From an uncultured Actinomycetes bacterium (GTDB taxonomy: Bacteria > Actinomycetota > Thermoleophilia > RBG-16-64-13): 64,000 nucleotides of DNA. Location: contig CAVPLM010000010.1 in the NCBI GenBank assembly GCA_963706025.1, positions 31,959 to 95,958 on the forward strand, given 5' to 3'. The first letter of the stretch is position 1; every line of letters begins with the position of its first letter. Of this stretch, positions 1-8,987 are shown piece after piece. The notes beneath the pieces are model-generated. The model worked only from the letters and a program-made list of their open reading frames with translations. It was not told the origin of the DNA and did no database searches. Position numbers and translations under genes: made by a program.

Positions 1-209
1 GTGTAGCCGTCGAGGACCGGCATGGCGAGGTCCATGATCACGATGTCGGGGTGAAGGGCGCGCGCCTGCTCAATTGCCTCTCGTCCATTCCTCGCCTCGC
101 CGACGACCTGAAAGTCGCCGACCACCTCAAGGAAGACGCGAAGGTCTTGACGCACGTCGGCCACATCGTCGACGATTAGGACCCGAGTCTTTGAATCTTG
201 CTTGAACAT
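1..209 (-). CDS. Response regulator receiver domain (runs off window start)
   Basis: Manual translation MFKQDSKTRVLIVDDVADVRQDLRVFLEVVGDFQVVGEARNGREAIEQARALHPDIVIMDLAMPVLDGY; GGAGG RBS upstream of ATG at 209. Confidence 0.85.
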   Translation of the reverse strand, partial: MFKQDSKTRVLIVDDVADVRQDLRVFLEVVGDFQVVGEARNGREAIEQARALHPDIVIMDLAMPVLDGY

Positions 210-348
210 GCCCGCCTCCGATGGCGTAGATCACGTTTCAAGCATGACGCCGATGAAGGCGCGGCACATCGATCCGGCGATGTATTTACCGGTGGCCAGC
301 AGGACGGTTTTTCTGTTACGACCGGAGGCCTATGCGACTACGACTTAG

Positions 349-523
349 GACCTATCCCGGTAGGCATGTTCTGCTGCGGCCGGCTGCAAAGGCCATGGGC
401 CGTGTCCTCGGAGCAAACAGTCCTCAACGTACCTATCGGTACGCCTCTGGGCTGTTTGCCCCTCGATCCTTGCCCATGTCCTTTTCGCTCGGTCTCGCTG
501 CGAACAACCTACCGGGATAGGTC
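349..523. mobile_element. MITE-like foldback element with 16-bp perfect terminal inverted repeats and 5-bp flanking direct repeat CTTAG
   Basis: GACCTATCCCGGTAGG (349-364) / CCTACCGGGATAGGTC (508-523); CTTAG at 344-348 and 524-528; three further nested stems inside. Confidence 0.65.
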
Positions 524-1321
524 CTTAGGTCTGAGATCGGCGACGAATGCCCGCATTCGCGCGAGCGCTTCCCTGGTGAGTTCTTGTAGCAGCGCGAGCT
601 GCTCCTGTACCCCTTCGGGCTCTGTTCGGCGCATCAGTTGGGCAGAGCGGACCGTGAGCAGGATGCTAAACATGGCTTGGGAAACCGAGTCGTGCAACTT
701 TCGGGCCAGACGGTTGCGCTCTTGCAGAGCCGCCAGTTCGTCCGCTTGGGCCGCACGCCTCTTGAGTTCGGCGTTGGTCCTCTCCAACTGCGCGAGCATC
801 TTGTCGCTCTCGCTCTTTGCCGCTTCGATCTCCTGGCCGGCGATAGCCAGGGCGGCCATGGCCATGCCGATGGCCATCGTGGTCAGAGCCAAGCCGAGCC
901 CCTCGAGTGGACCCGCGAAGATCATCAGAGATACACCGATGAGGGCGACGCAGACGGCGATCCACAGCCAGCGGAACCACCCTCTGAAGACCATCGCCGC
1001 CTGGTAAGCAAGGAGCACGAAGAGGCCGGTCACGTAGTCGAACTCCGGTCCCAGGGCGAGCAGCGCCAAGACGATGGCAGATTGTACGACGAAGATGAGG
1101 TGGAGCAACGGCGGGTGTCGACTCGGTAGCACCCACACCAGTGAAAAGAGGGCGAAGAACACGACCAAAAGCGCGACAAACCAGGGGAAACGCGCACTGT
1201 ACTCGATTGAGATGAGTAGTCTCGCCGCGAGACCTACTCCGGCCAGGTAGATGACGACAAGCACCACCCGCGGCCAGACGCCAATGTCAGTCAGCTTCGG
1301 CAAGACCGTTGCGGATCGCAA
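509..1321 (-). CDS. Membrane sensor with HisKA_3 dimerisation/phosphoacceptor domain, lacking the HATPase domain (true start uncertain)
   Basis: Several TM segments, then ERNRLARKLHDSVSQ H-box; ends at DLRPKDLSR with no N/G1/G2 boxes. Confidence 0.8.
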   Translation of the reverse strand: MRSATVLPKLTDIGVWPRVVLVVIYLAGVGLAARLLISIEYSARFPWFVALLVVFFALFSLVWVLPSRHPPLLHLIFVVQSAIVLALLALGPEFDYVTGLFVLLAYQAAMVFRGWFRWLWIAVCVALIGVSLMIFAGPLEGLGLALTTMAIGMAMAALAIAGQEIEAAKSESDKMLAQLERTNAELKRRAAQADELAALQERNRLARKLHDSVSQAMFSILLTVRSAQLMRRTEPEGVQEQLALLQELTREALARMRAFVADLRPKDLSR

Positions 1322-2003
1322 AGATGGCCAGTTGAGTGCGGTCCTTGAGTCCTAGCTTGGCCAGGATATGGCTGATGTGCGTCTTCACCGTCTTCTCGCT
1401 GATGTAAAACTGACTGGCGATCTCCCGGTTGCTCTTGCCCTGGGCGACCAATCGGATGACCTCTCGCTCGCGGTCGGTCAGATCGCCCGCAGGTGAGCCT
1501 CGATCTGCCGCCGAGGACGGCGCCGAGTCGGCATCCGTGTCGGGGCCCGAGGGCTCTGGGGCCCGCATGGCTTCCATCAGCTTCCGGGCCACGTCAGGAT
1601 GCAATCGCGGCTCCCCGCGGGAGGCCGCACGTACGGCGTCGACTAGTTCATCGGGGGAAACATCTTTGAGAAGATAACTGGAAGCGCCCGCCTGGATGGC
1701 GGGGAACACCTGGGCGTCTTCGGCGAAGCTCGTCAAGGCGATCACCCGAGTGTGGACGTCCATCTCCATGATCTGTTTGGTAGCGGACACACCGTCCAGC
1801 CGGGGCATCATGAGATCCATCAACACGACATCCGGCGCCGTCTGCCGCACCATTTCCACCGCCACCTGCCCGTCGGACGCCTCTCCAACAACCGCCATGT
1901 CCTCGTGCAACTCGAGAAAAGTGCGTAGCCCTTGACGGACAATCTGATGATCGTCCACGATGAGTATCCGGATCTTCTCGCCCTCGATCTCGTGCGTGCT
2001 CAT
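1287..2003 (-). CDS. NarL/LuxR-family response regulator
   Basis: REC (ILIVDDH...DVVLMDLMMP) plus LuxR HTH (LTDREREVIRLVAQGKSNREIA...EKTVKTHISHILAKL). Confidence 0.95.
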   Translation of the reverse strand: MSTHEIEGEKIRILIVDDHQIVRQGLRTFLELHEDMAVVGEASDGQVAVEMVRQTAPDVVLMDLMMPRLDGVSATKQIMEMDVHTRVIALTSFAEDAQVFPAIQAGASSYLLKDVSPDELVDAVRAASRGEPRLHPDVARKLMEAMRAPEPSGPDTDADSAPSSAADRGSPAGDLTDREREVIRLVAQGKSNREIASQFYISEKTVKTHISHILAKLGLKDRTQLAIFAIRNGLAEAD

Positions 2004-3238
2004 CTCCCACCTCTCTGGCCTAAAGATCGCTGGACCACGACCCGCGTCCCCTGCCCCGGTGCACTTTCCATTTCAAAGACCCAGCCTATTTCGGCGGCGC
2101 GTTCGCTCATGCTCGCCAATCCCATGCCCGTCCCATCCACTGCGTTCTGAGGGTCGAAGCCTCTTCCCTGATCCCTAATCTCGAGCCTAGGTCTGCCTCC
2201 CAGGCGAAGAAGGATCGTTGCCTGAGACGTACCGGCATGCTTGACGACGTTGTTGAGTGCCTCCCGGGCGATGCGAGCGAGGGCGGTTTCCTCCGCGGCC
2301 GACAGCGGCTCGGTGTCGGCATCGAGCGGCTCTTCCTGGACATCGAACGAGACGCTGACGCCGTCACTCCGTCGCCGATCCACATCGCGACGTATTGCTT
2401 CGACCAGACTCCCGCCGCCGATGGCGTCCGGTTTGAGCTCTGAAACGAGGAGGCGCATCTCAGCTAGCGCGCTCTCGGCCAACTGACGGAGGCGCTCGAG
2501 CTGCTCATCAGCTTTCGATGGCTCGCGTCGTAGGAGGATGGCGGCAGACTGGCTGGCCAGTGTCATACTGAAAATGGTCTGGGTGACGGAGTCGTGTAGC
2601 TCGCGGGCCACCCGGTTGCGCTCTTCGGCCACAACAAGGCTCTCTACTCGCTCCAGATACTCGGTGAGTTCGGCGTTCGTCATCTCCAACTCGTGGCCCA
2701 GGGCCTTGTTGCGAAGGCGCGCCTGCTCGGCCCGGCGCGTCGCGAACGCATACAGGCCAAGGAAGACGTTGACGGCGGTGTAGACGAGAGTCAACGTCAT
2801 CGCTTGGGGAAGCTCGTAGTCCCCGAGGAAGGCGAAGAGCATAAGAGGTATGAACGCGACCAGCCACAAAGCCCCAAGCCGGCCGAAACGCTGCAGCGCC
2901 TGCATGGAGAGGACAGCGAACAGGACGGCGAAGAAGTCCTCATCTCCGGGGAGGAGAAACAGGCCAACCACGATGCCTATCTGCAGGACCATGTAGAGAA
3001 TGGACCACGTCCCCCATCTCTTGGAGATCAACGGTTCACTGGCAAAGAACACCAGCCAGGCGAGTAGCAGTAGCAACGCCTCGAGCAGGACCGTGCCGTC
3101 CTCGAGCACTAGCACCGAACGTAGCACCACACCGGCAAAAAGGAGTCCGGCGGAGGCATAGAAGACCCAGATGTACGACCTGTCGGAAAACGGGCTCATG
3201 TACGGGTCCCAGCGTTGGTGGCGGTTGATGATCATCAT
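2000..3238 (-). CDS. NarX-like HisKA_3 sensor histidine kinase
   Basis: N-terminal TMs; ERNRVARELHDSVTQ; EALNNVVKHA, DQGRGF, GMGLASM boxes; start may be the later ATG (MSPFSD). Confidence 0.93.
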   Translation of the reverse strand: MMIINRHQRWDPYMSPFSDRSYIWVFYASAGLLFAGVVLRSVLVLEDGTVLLEALLLLLAWLVFFASEPLISKRWGTWSILYMVLQIGIVVGLFLLPGDEDFFAVLFAVLSMQALQRFGRLGALWLVAFIPLMLFAFLGDYELPQAMTLTLVYTAVNVFLGLYAFATRRAEQARLRNKALGHELEMTNAELTEYLERVESLVVAEERNRVARELHDSVTQTIFSMTLASQSAAILLRREPSKADEQLERLRQLAESALAEMRLLVSELKPDAIGGGSLVEAIRRDVDRRRSDGVSVSFDVQEEPLDADTEPLSAAEETALARIAREALNNVVKHAGTSQATILLRLGGRPRLEIRDQGRGFDPQNAVDGTGMGLASMSERAAEIGWVFEMESAPGQGTRVVVQRSLGQRGGR

Positions 3239-3486
3239 AGTCCAGGACCGTGGATGGAAGAAGCGGCCACGCCTTGTTTAGCCTCGGCGATCAGGGGGTC
3301 GCTTTGGCGTATTTGCTGGCGCCGGACCACCATTCCGCGTCTAATCTGTTCCAGGACCGGTCTGTGCTGTTGTGTGCTGTCTGATGGTGCCGACTTTGCC
3401 CCCGACTTACCCCCGAACTCGCCCGAAAGATGTGAGAGGCTCGACCCTGGCGGCCGAGCCTCGCCTCAGGAAACCCCTGCAAATGA

Positions 3487-3567
3487 GCGGAGAGGGGGGA
3501 TTCGAACCCCCGGTACCGCTTGCGCGGCAGAACGGTTTTCGAGACCGCCCCACTAAGCCGCTCTGCC
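3487..3567 (-). pseudogene. tRNA-Ser(CGA) remnant lacking the 5' acceptor strand (att-site scar)
   Basis: Reverse complement GGCAGAGCGGCTTAGTGGGGCGGT-CTCGAAA-ACCGT...long variable arm...GGTTCGAATCCCCCCTCTCCGC; upstream bases cannot pair with the 3' acceptor strand. Confidence 0.75.
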
Positions 3568-3789
3568 GGCGGGGGCTTGGCGCTAGCTCACGGCGCACCG
3601 GGCATGATGCCTCGTGTCTTCGCGTCCACCTTCGTCCATTCGTTGCGTGCGATGACTGCCTCACGGTTTCTGCTCCCTTTCGGCTCCCTTTCGGCGTCTT
3701 TGCCACCGACTTGCCACCGAACTCGCCCGAAAGACGCAAAAACCGGGCTTTTCGGACCGGGTCTCGACACACGATTCTTGGCTTTCCTA

Positions 3790-3832
3790 AGCGGAGAGGG
3801 GGGATTCGAACCCCCGGTACCGCTTGCGCGGC
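3790..3832 (-). repeat. Exact 43-bp direct repeat of the tRNA-Ser 3' end (copy of 3486-3528)
   Basis: AGCGGAGAGGGGGGATTCGAACCCCCGGTACCGCTTGCGCGGC present at 3486 and 3790. Confidence 0.9.
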
Positions 3833-3955
3833 TCCGGTCACAACGCGGTTTCTGGGATGAAAGCTGGCCCTTGCAGAGCTTGCCACGTTCATCGACCACC
3901 TGCGCGCTATAGAGGAACGGAGACTCAAAGAGCCCTGGGTTCCCAGAGGTTACGA

Positions 3956-6721
3956 CTAGACATCCGTGACGGTGAGCACCATGGTGTCGGAGCCGACGCC
4001 CCCATTGTTGTCCGTTACGGTGAAGGTCACCACGTACAGACCAGGTGTGGTCAATCTGATCATCTCAGCCACCTTCCCAAGTGAGGTGGCTGTCGGTTCA
4101 GTCACTATCAAGTCGACCGTGAGCCCATCCACGTAGGCCAGGGCTGTATGGGTGTCGGAAGCATCGGCATCTGTAAAGTTGGCGCCCAGTGGGAAGAGGG
4201 AACCCGCGGTCACGCTCTTGTCGAGACCCGCGTCGACAACTGGGGGATGATTGGATGAAGGAGGAGTGCCCCCGATCCGGGCGAGTACGTTGTAGAGCAC
4301 CTGAGCCGTCTCCCCGCGCGTGGCCACCCTCCACGGATCCCAAGAAGGTCCGAAGCCGACCAGTCCGGCCAGGAGCCCGTTGTACTCGGCCATCTGCATG
4401 TTGCGAGCGTGATCGAGGCTGAAGTCACCCAGTGTTCCGACATAGCCCGCGGGTGGATCCGTCAACACGCCGGGGCGCAGATTCTGCACGGCTCTCACCG
4501 TCATGGTGACCACCTGGGCGCGTCTGATGCCCACATACGGGGCGAAGGTAGTCGCCGTCTGCCCTCTGGTGATGCCGGCGAGATAGGCGTTCGCCACGTA
4601 CTCGTGCGGGTAGAGGCTGTTGACGACGCCTGGACCGGGCAGTATGTCGGGACCCAGGTCGGTGAAAGGCACCGCAGGGTCGGGCCAATCGTCCTCCAGC
4701 ACCAGAAAGCCAATGACCCCGCAGATCATCTTGGCGAACTGGGCACGATAGACGCTGTTATCGGGCCGGAACTCCCAGGTATCTCCGACCTGGTAGCCGT
4801 CGATGATGTGGGCGTCGCGCATGCCGTTGATGGCATCGTAGTAGGGGTGTCCAGACGGAACATCGGTGAAAGGCGTTGGATCAGGGGTATCGCTTGGTAT
4901 CAACTCGATGGTGTCGCTGACCAGCCCGTCTCCCGCCACGTGGCCATGGACGTCCTCGAAGCTGCACCACACGGTCTTGATTCCCAGCCCAGTGGTCAAG
5001 GTCCACGACTTGGTAGCCGCGTAGGGCTCCCAGGCCGACCAGGTAGTGCCGTCGTTGCTGAATCGCATCCGCATGAGGGGTGAGCCGTCGGTCACTGTGT
5101 AGGTGAGCGTGACGGTGGTCGAGTCGGTCTGGGCCGCACCGCCATTGATCGTGAAGCCGCTGATGACCGGGCTGATGCGGTCCACGTATACCACCGGCTG
5201 ATCGGTGCTCGTTTGCGAGTTGCCGGCCAGGTCCAGAGCACGGGCGTAGATCACGTGACCCACCCCGGCGTCCTCTACCGGGAGGCTCCAGTCGTAGTGC
5301 CAGGTGGCCAGCGGGGTCCCTGCACCCGAGTCGATGGTGGCCTCCTGCCAGGGCCAGCCATCGATCGACACCTGCACCGACGTCACGCCGACGTTGTCGG
5401 TCGCTGTGCCGGAGATCACGGCCGGCGACACGCTCAGGACTGCGCCGTCGGCAGGAGCGAGGATCTCCGTCATCGGCGGCTCGACGTCATGCGTGGCCAC
5501 GAATATCTCCCAGTCACCCCCGGCGTCACGGCCCTGCCACACCACCGCTTCGTTTCCCAGCCGAGGATACCGGTCGTCATAGGGACTGTTGCTCAGGTTC
5601 ACCACTTCGCCGGTGGGGGCGTCGCCGGGTGGGAGATAGACGTATACCTGGGAGACGCCCGGGCCACCGAACCAGACCGCCCCACGACCGGTGACGTCGG
5701 TGGGCAGATCATTCGCCGTGTTGTTGGTGAGCGTGGCGTCTTTCCAGATAGGACTGACGGGCGTCCTGGTGGCCAGTCGCACCTCCCAATCGGTGCCGTC
5801 GTAGTACCGCCAGCCTATCGTGGTACCCATCGCCGAGACATCTATGAAGGGCTCCGAGTCGTTCCGCGTGTTGTTGGTCAGCTTGGTCGTGACACCGTCG
5901 GAGCGGTAGAACACCTCCGAATCCCCGTCGTCTTGCCCCTCCCAGACGATCTGGTGCTCGCTGATCTCCGGGAAGACATCGTCGTAATCGTTATCGGTGA
6001 CCCGGCGGACCATGGACCCGTCCCAGTACTGGATCTCGAAGTCGAAACCCGGATCATGGATGGATTGAATCTGCCAGACGACCCATGACCCGTCGGTCTG
6101 AGGGTGGCTTATTTGACCATGGTCGCCCACGACCGATTGGAGCGTGGCCGTAGCGATGTCGTAGACGTACACGAGGTCGAGGACAAGGGACGTATCATGG
6201 CACACCCACACCACCAGGTATCCGTGGATCTGTACCTGAGTGTCGTCATAGGTGTTGTCGGTCAGCTTGGTGGTGAGGCCGGTGGAGAAGCGGTGCAGGT
6301 AGATCTCCCAATCTCCGTCGGCATCTCGGCCTTGCCATACAACAGCGTCTCCACAGATCTTCGGGTATGCTTCGTCAGTAGCGTTGGATGTAAGCTGCCT
6401 GCCTAGGCCAAGCCGATAGTTCCAGGCCCATATCTCCGAGTCTTGGCCCGCAGGCTTCTGTTGCCACACGACTACCGGGTTGGTGGTGTCAATGTCGGGC
6501 CATTCGTCGGCTGCCGCGTTGTCCGTGATCTTGTTGAGAGTCCATCCAGCGGGTCCGCCCTCTATGGCCGAGGCGGGTGTCCCCGATAGAAGAACGGCCG
6601 TCACGGCCAGAAGCAACGTAGCCGTAAACACCAAGAGACGGTGAACTGCTTCCGGTACTGCGGGGGGCGTCCTCATGCTCAGCCCTATCGGGATCTTGGT
6701 ATGCTGCTTCAGTCGAAGCAT
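3956..6721 (-). CDS. Secreted surface protein: beta-propeller-like repeats, Ig-like domains, S-layer homology (SLH) domains, C-terminal PKD-like domain
   Basis: Signal-peptide-like N-terminus; repeated TDN..DD..P.I....VVWxG..D..DWEI blades; SLH motifs FTDVPSGHPYYDAI, FRPDNSVYRAQFAKMI, ATRGETAQVL. Confidence 0.85.
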   Translation of the reverse strand: MLRLKQHTKIPIGLSMRTPPAVPEAVHRLLVFTATLLLAVTAVLLSGTPASAIEGGPAGWTLNKITDNAAADEWPDIDTTNPVVVWQQKPAGQDSEIWAWNYRLGLGRQLTSNATDEAYPKICGDAVVWQGRDADGDWEIYLHRFSTGLTTKLTDNTYDDTQVQIHGYLVVWVCHDTSLVLDLVYVYDIATATLQSVVGDHGQISHPQTDGSWVVWQIQSIHDPGFDFEIQYWDGSMVRRVTDNDYDDVFPEISEHQIVWEGQDDGDSEVFYRSDGVTTKLTNNTRNDSEPFIDVSAMGTTIGWRYYDGTDWEVRLATRTPVSPIWKDATLTNNTANDLPTDVTGRGAVWFGGPGVSQVYVYLPPGDAPTGEVVNLSNSPYDDRYPRLGNEAVVWQGRDAGGDWEIFVATHDVEPPMTEILAPADGAVLSVSPAVISGTATDNVGVTSVQVSIDGWPWQEATIDSGAGTPLATWHYDWSLPVEDAGVGHVIYARALDLAGNSQTSTDQPVVYVDRISPVISGFTINGGAAQTDSTTVTLTYTVTDGSPLMRMRFSNDGTTWSAWEPYAATKSWTLTTGLGIKTVWCSFEDVHGHVAGDGLVSDTIELIPSDTPDPTPFTDVPSGHPYYDAINGMRDAHIIDGYQVGDTWEFRPDNSVYRAQFAKMICGVIGFLVLEDDWPDPAVPFTDLGPDILPGPGVVNSLYPHEYVANAYLAGITRGQTATTFAPYVGIRRAQVVTMTVRAVQNLRPGVLTDPPAGYVGTLGDFSLDHARNMQMAEYNGLLAGLVGFGPSWDPWRVATRGETAQVLYNVLARIGGTPPSSNHPPVVDAGLDKSVTAGSLFPLGANFTDADASDTHTALAYVDGLTVDLIVTEPTATSLGKVAEMIRLTTPGLYVVTFTVTDNNGGVGSDTMVLTVTDV

Positions 6722-6920
6722 CCGTCTCTCCCTTCCTGGCACGAACCTGACCGAACCGCGATGGACTCCTGCCCCGCTGGATCAATGGTGCTTGAGATGA
6801 AGCGCCTTTGAAGGAGGCCGGACTCGAAGTTGGGCGTCTACCCCAATCCTATTACCATGCGTGGTTCAACGCAATGTTCAGTCGGCTTGGGGCCCGCCGA
6901 GTATGTGGAATGCTTGTCGT

Positions 6921-7009
6921 CTTGTGTCCTTGTGTCCGTCTCGCACCCATGAGTGCTGTCAGCAACGATTTCAGCAACGATTTCCTCCGGTGCCAAAATG
7001 GTGCCAAAA
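6921..7009. repeat. Three pairs of short tandem direct repeats next to the tRNA 3' end (arm-type/RDF-site-like)
   Basis: CTTGTGTC x2 (6921-6936), TCAGCAACGATT x2 (6959-6982), GGTGCCAAAA x2 (6989-7009). Confidence 0.7.
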
Positions 7010-7077
7010 CCAGGCCTGAAGGTCGTTGGCGGCCAGACTAGCTAGATTATCTGCGAGTAAAACCCCTGCAAACAAGG

Positions 7078-7164
7078 CGGAGGGGGCGGGATTCGAACCC
7101 GCGAGACCTTGCGGCCTGCCGGTTTTCAAGACCGGTGCGATCAACCAGACTCCGCCACCCCTCC
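7078..7164 (-). tRNA. tRNA-Ser(TGA)
   Basis: GGAGGGGTGGCGGAGTCTGGTTGATCGCACCGGT-CTTGAAA-ACCGG, long variable arm, GGTTCGAATCC, CCCCTCCG. Confidence 0.95.
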
Positions 7165-7305
7165 GCAGTACTGGCTGCGCGGCCGCCCGGGAGAGCGTCG
7201 CTCATCGGCACCGCACAGCGCGGCCCGATGACGCGCCCAGGGCCGCGAGGCTTCGGCTCGCCGGCCCCGGCCAGGGCTCAGTCGCGGATGCGCCGAGTAT
7301 AGCTC

Positions 7306-7842
7306 CTAGTAAACGGTGACGCTTGCCGCGGCCAGCAGGATGGTGGCGAGGATGGCGATCACGATCCCGGCTATGCCGATGCCGAAGGTCACCCAGGACC
7401 ACGTCTTGGCCTTGCGCGAGGACTGCTGGGCGCCGGTGATATCTCCCAGGGCCAGCTTGTTCCCCACCTGGCTCGCATACACCACTGCCACGATGCCGGT
7501 GGGCCAGAAGCAGAGGATCAGGGTGGCGATCGCCCAGCCCATGTAGCTGGGGACCCGGGGGACTGCCCCATATGGGGGCGTCGTCTTGTAGTACTGAGGA
7601 GCTGGGTAGGCCGGAGGGTACTGCGGCTGGTACTGCTGCTGGTACTGCTGCTGGTAGGGGGGCGGCTGCGATCCCGGCTGGTAGACTGCCGGTTGCTGCT
7701 CGACCGGCTGCCCGGCCGGCTGCTCGGTCGCCTGCGCCCCCGGCTCTTGCCATTGCTGCCGGTACTTGTCCAGATCCAGGCCACACGCGGCGCAGAACCT
7801 GGCCGACTCCTCGTTTGTGCCACCGCACTGCGGGCAATACAT
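7306..7842 (-). CDS. Zinc-ribbon + CD225/dispanin-family membrane protein
   Basis: MYCPQCG...FCAACG; Q/P/Y-rich linker; PSYMGWAIATLILCFWPTGIVAVVYASQV CD225-type motif. Confidence 0.88.
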   Translation of the reverse strand: MYCPQCGGTNEESARFCAACGLDLDKYRQQWQEPGAQATEQPAGQPVEQQPAVYQPGSQPPPYQQQYQQQYQPQYPPAYPAPQYYKTTPPYGAVPRVPSYMGWAIATLILCFWPTGIVAVVYASQVGNKLALGDITGAQQSSRKAKTWSWVTFGIGIAGIVIAILATILLAAASVTVY

Positions 7843-7978
7843 GTGTGCCTCCTGTTGCGCCTGTCTTACGCCAGTCTCAGATGTCGCTCTCCCGGTTCTT
7901 ACCCCATGTTAGACGCTGAAGCCGGCAAAGCGTATGTCCGAACAACTTACCGTACCATCGGCTGCCGGAGGAAAGTGC

Positions 7979-8005
7979 TAAAGAACGGCGAAATTGTGCC
8001 GACAA
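7979..8005 (+). promoter_or_regulatory. Putative sigma28 (FliA/WhiG-type) promoter
   Basis: TAAA-N15-GCCGACAA (consensus TAAA-N15-GCCGATAA). Confidence 0.55.
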
Positions 8006-8069
8006 CGGAGGCATAGGGCGGAGGGACGCGCCCGAGTGACGGACGTGTCGAAGGCGTGGAGGCTAAGCC

Positions 8070-8333
8070 ATGAAAGCGGCGTATCTCGGCGGTTTGAGAG
8101 GTCATCAGGCGGCGATCTACCGGCCGGGAGCGGGCTGGAGCGGGAACGACCAGGTTCGGCGCTTCGGTCGTCAACCGCGGGCGTTCAAGAACGACGGCCA
8201 CCTGCACGTGTGCCCTTTGACCACCACCCATCGGCGTCGTCCCGGACTGCGAACCAAGACCTTCATAATCTCAATGGTGGTCGTCGTTGCGGCTCTGTTG
8301 ACGTTGGTTCTGAACGCGGGCTCCCAGCTCTAG
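8070..8333 (+). CDS. Small hypothetical protein with C-terminal transmembrane helix
   Basis: GGAGG RBS before ATG; fills the intergenic gap; hydrophobic C-terminus FIISMVVVVAALLTLVL. Confidence 0.55.
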   Translation: MKAAYLGGLRGHQAAIYRPGAGWSGNDQVRRFGRQPRAFKNDGHLHVCPLTTTHRRRPGLRTKTFIISMVVVVAALLTLVLNAGSQL

Positions 8334-8357
8334 AGGCACGAGGAGAGGCTCGAGGCT

Positions 8358-8759
8358 TCAGCCCCCTTCCCCGGCGGGGGATACCACGCGGATTCCCTCA
8401 CCCTCCCGCGCCGTGGACAGCACTGCTTTGACGGCGTCTGGGGCCCCGTCGATCCTTCCGAAGGGATTCACGTTGCTGTAGGCTCGCGGCAACGATCCCA
8501 TGCTGGCCGGGGTGGGTCCCCAGAAGATGCAGAACGCGGCACCCAGCGGCCAGTAGCCAAGCTCGCCCACGGCCATGTCCTGCCGGGCATCCGGGGCTTC
8601 CTCGACAGTGACGGGGATGCTGAAGTAGAGCTCATCGCCCCAACGGGACACGTTTCCTTGCAGAGGAAGCGCAGCGCGGATGGCTGCCGCTGTCGGTGAA
8701 TCATCGAAAGTAGCGTCGACCTCACCATCCTCCAGGATGATCCGCATACGGCTGGGCAT
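8358..8759 (-). CDS. Cyclophilin-like fold protein (DUF369/TM1367-type)
   Basis: WGDELYFSIPV, GELGYWPLGAAFCIFWGPTP motifs; AAGGAGG RBS. Confidence 0.85.
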   Translation of the reverse strand: MPSRMRIILEDGEVDATFDDSPTAAAIRAALPLQGNVSRWGDELYFSIPVTVEEAPDARQDMAVGELGYWPLGAAFCIFWGPTPASMGSLPRAYSNVNPFGRIDGAPDAVKAVLSTAREGEGIRVVSPAGEGG

Positions 8760-8987
8760 CAGCGCCTCCTTTCCTTCAAGTCGATCGTCGGCCGGCACGG
8801 CCGTTTGTCTCAGTGGGCCGGCGGCGCACGCGGCGCGTCAATCACGGTGGTTCACAGTCTATCCTTCCGGTGCTAGTTTGAGCAGGGACGCTTCGCCGGG
8901 ACGCCGTCGGCACGACGCGATGCGCGTGACGCGCGCCGGGGCGCGAAATCGCCAGAACGAGCTTCTGACTAGGCAGGGGAGGTACAC

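Noticed and set aside
7600-7760. CTG/TAC repeats in the CD225 gene
   Set aside because: They encode the Gln/Tyr/Pro linker typical of these proteins
7965-7980. GAGGAAAGT resembling the RNase P RNA P4 motif
   Set aside because: Continuation and the 3' P4 partner are absent; the region is too short
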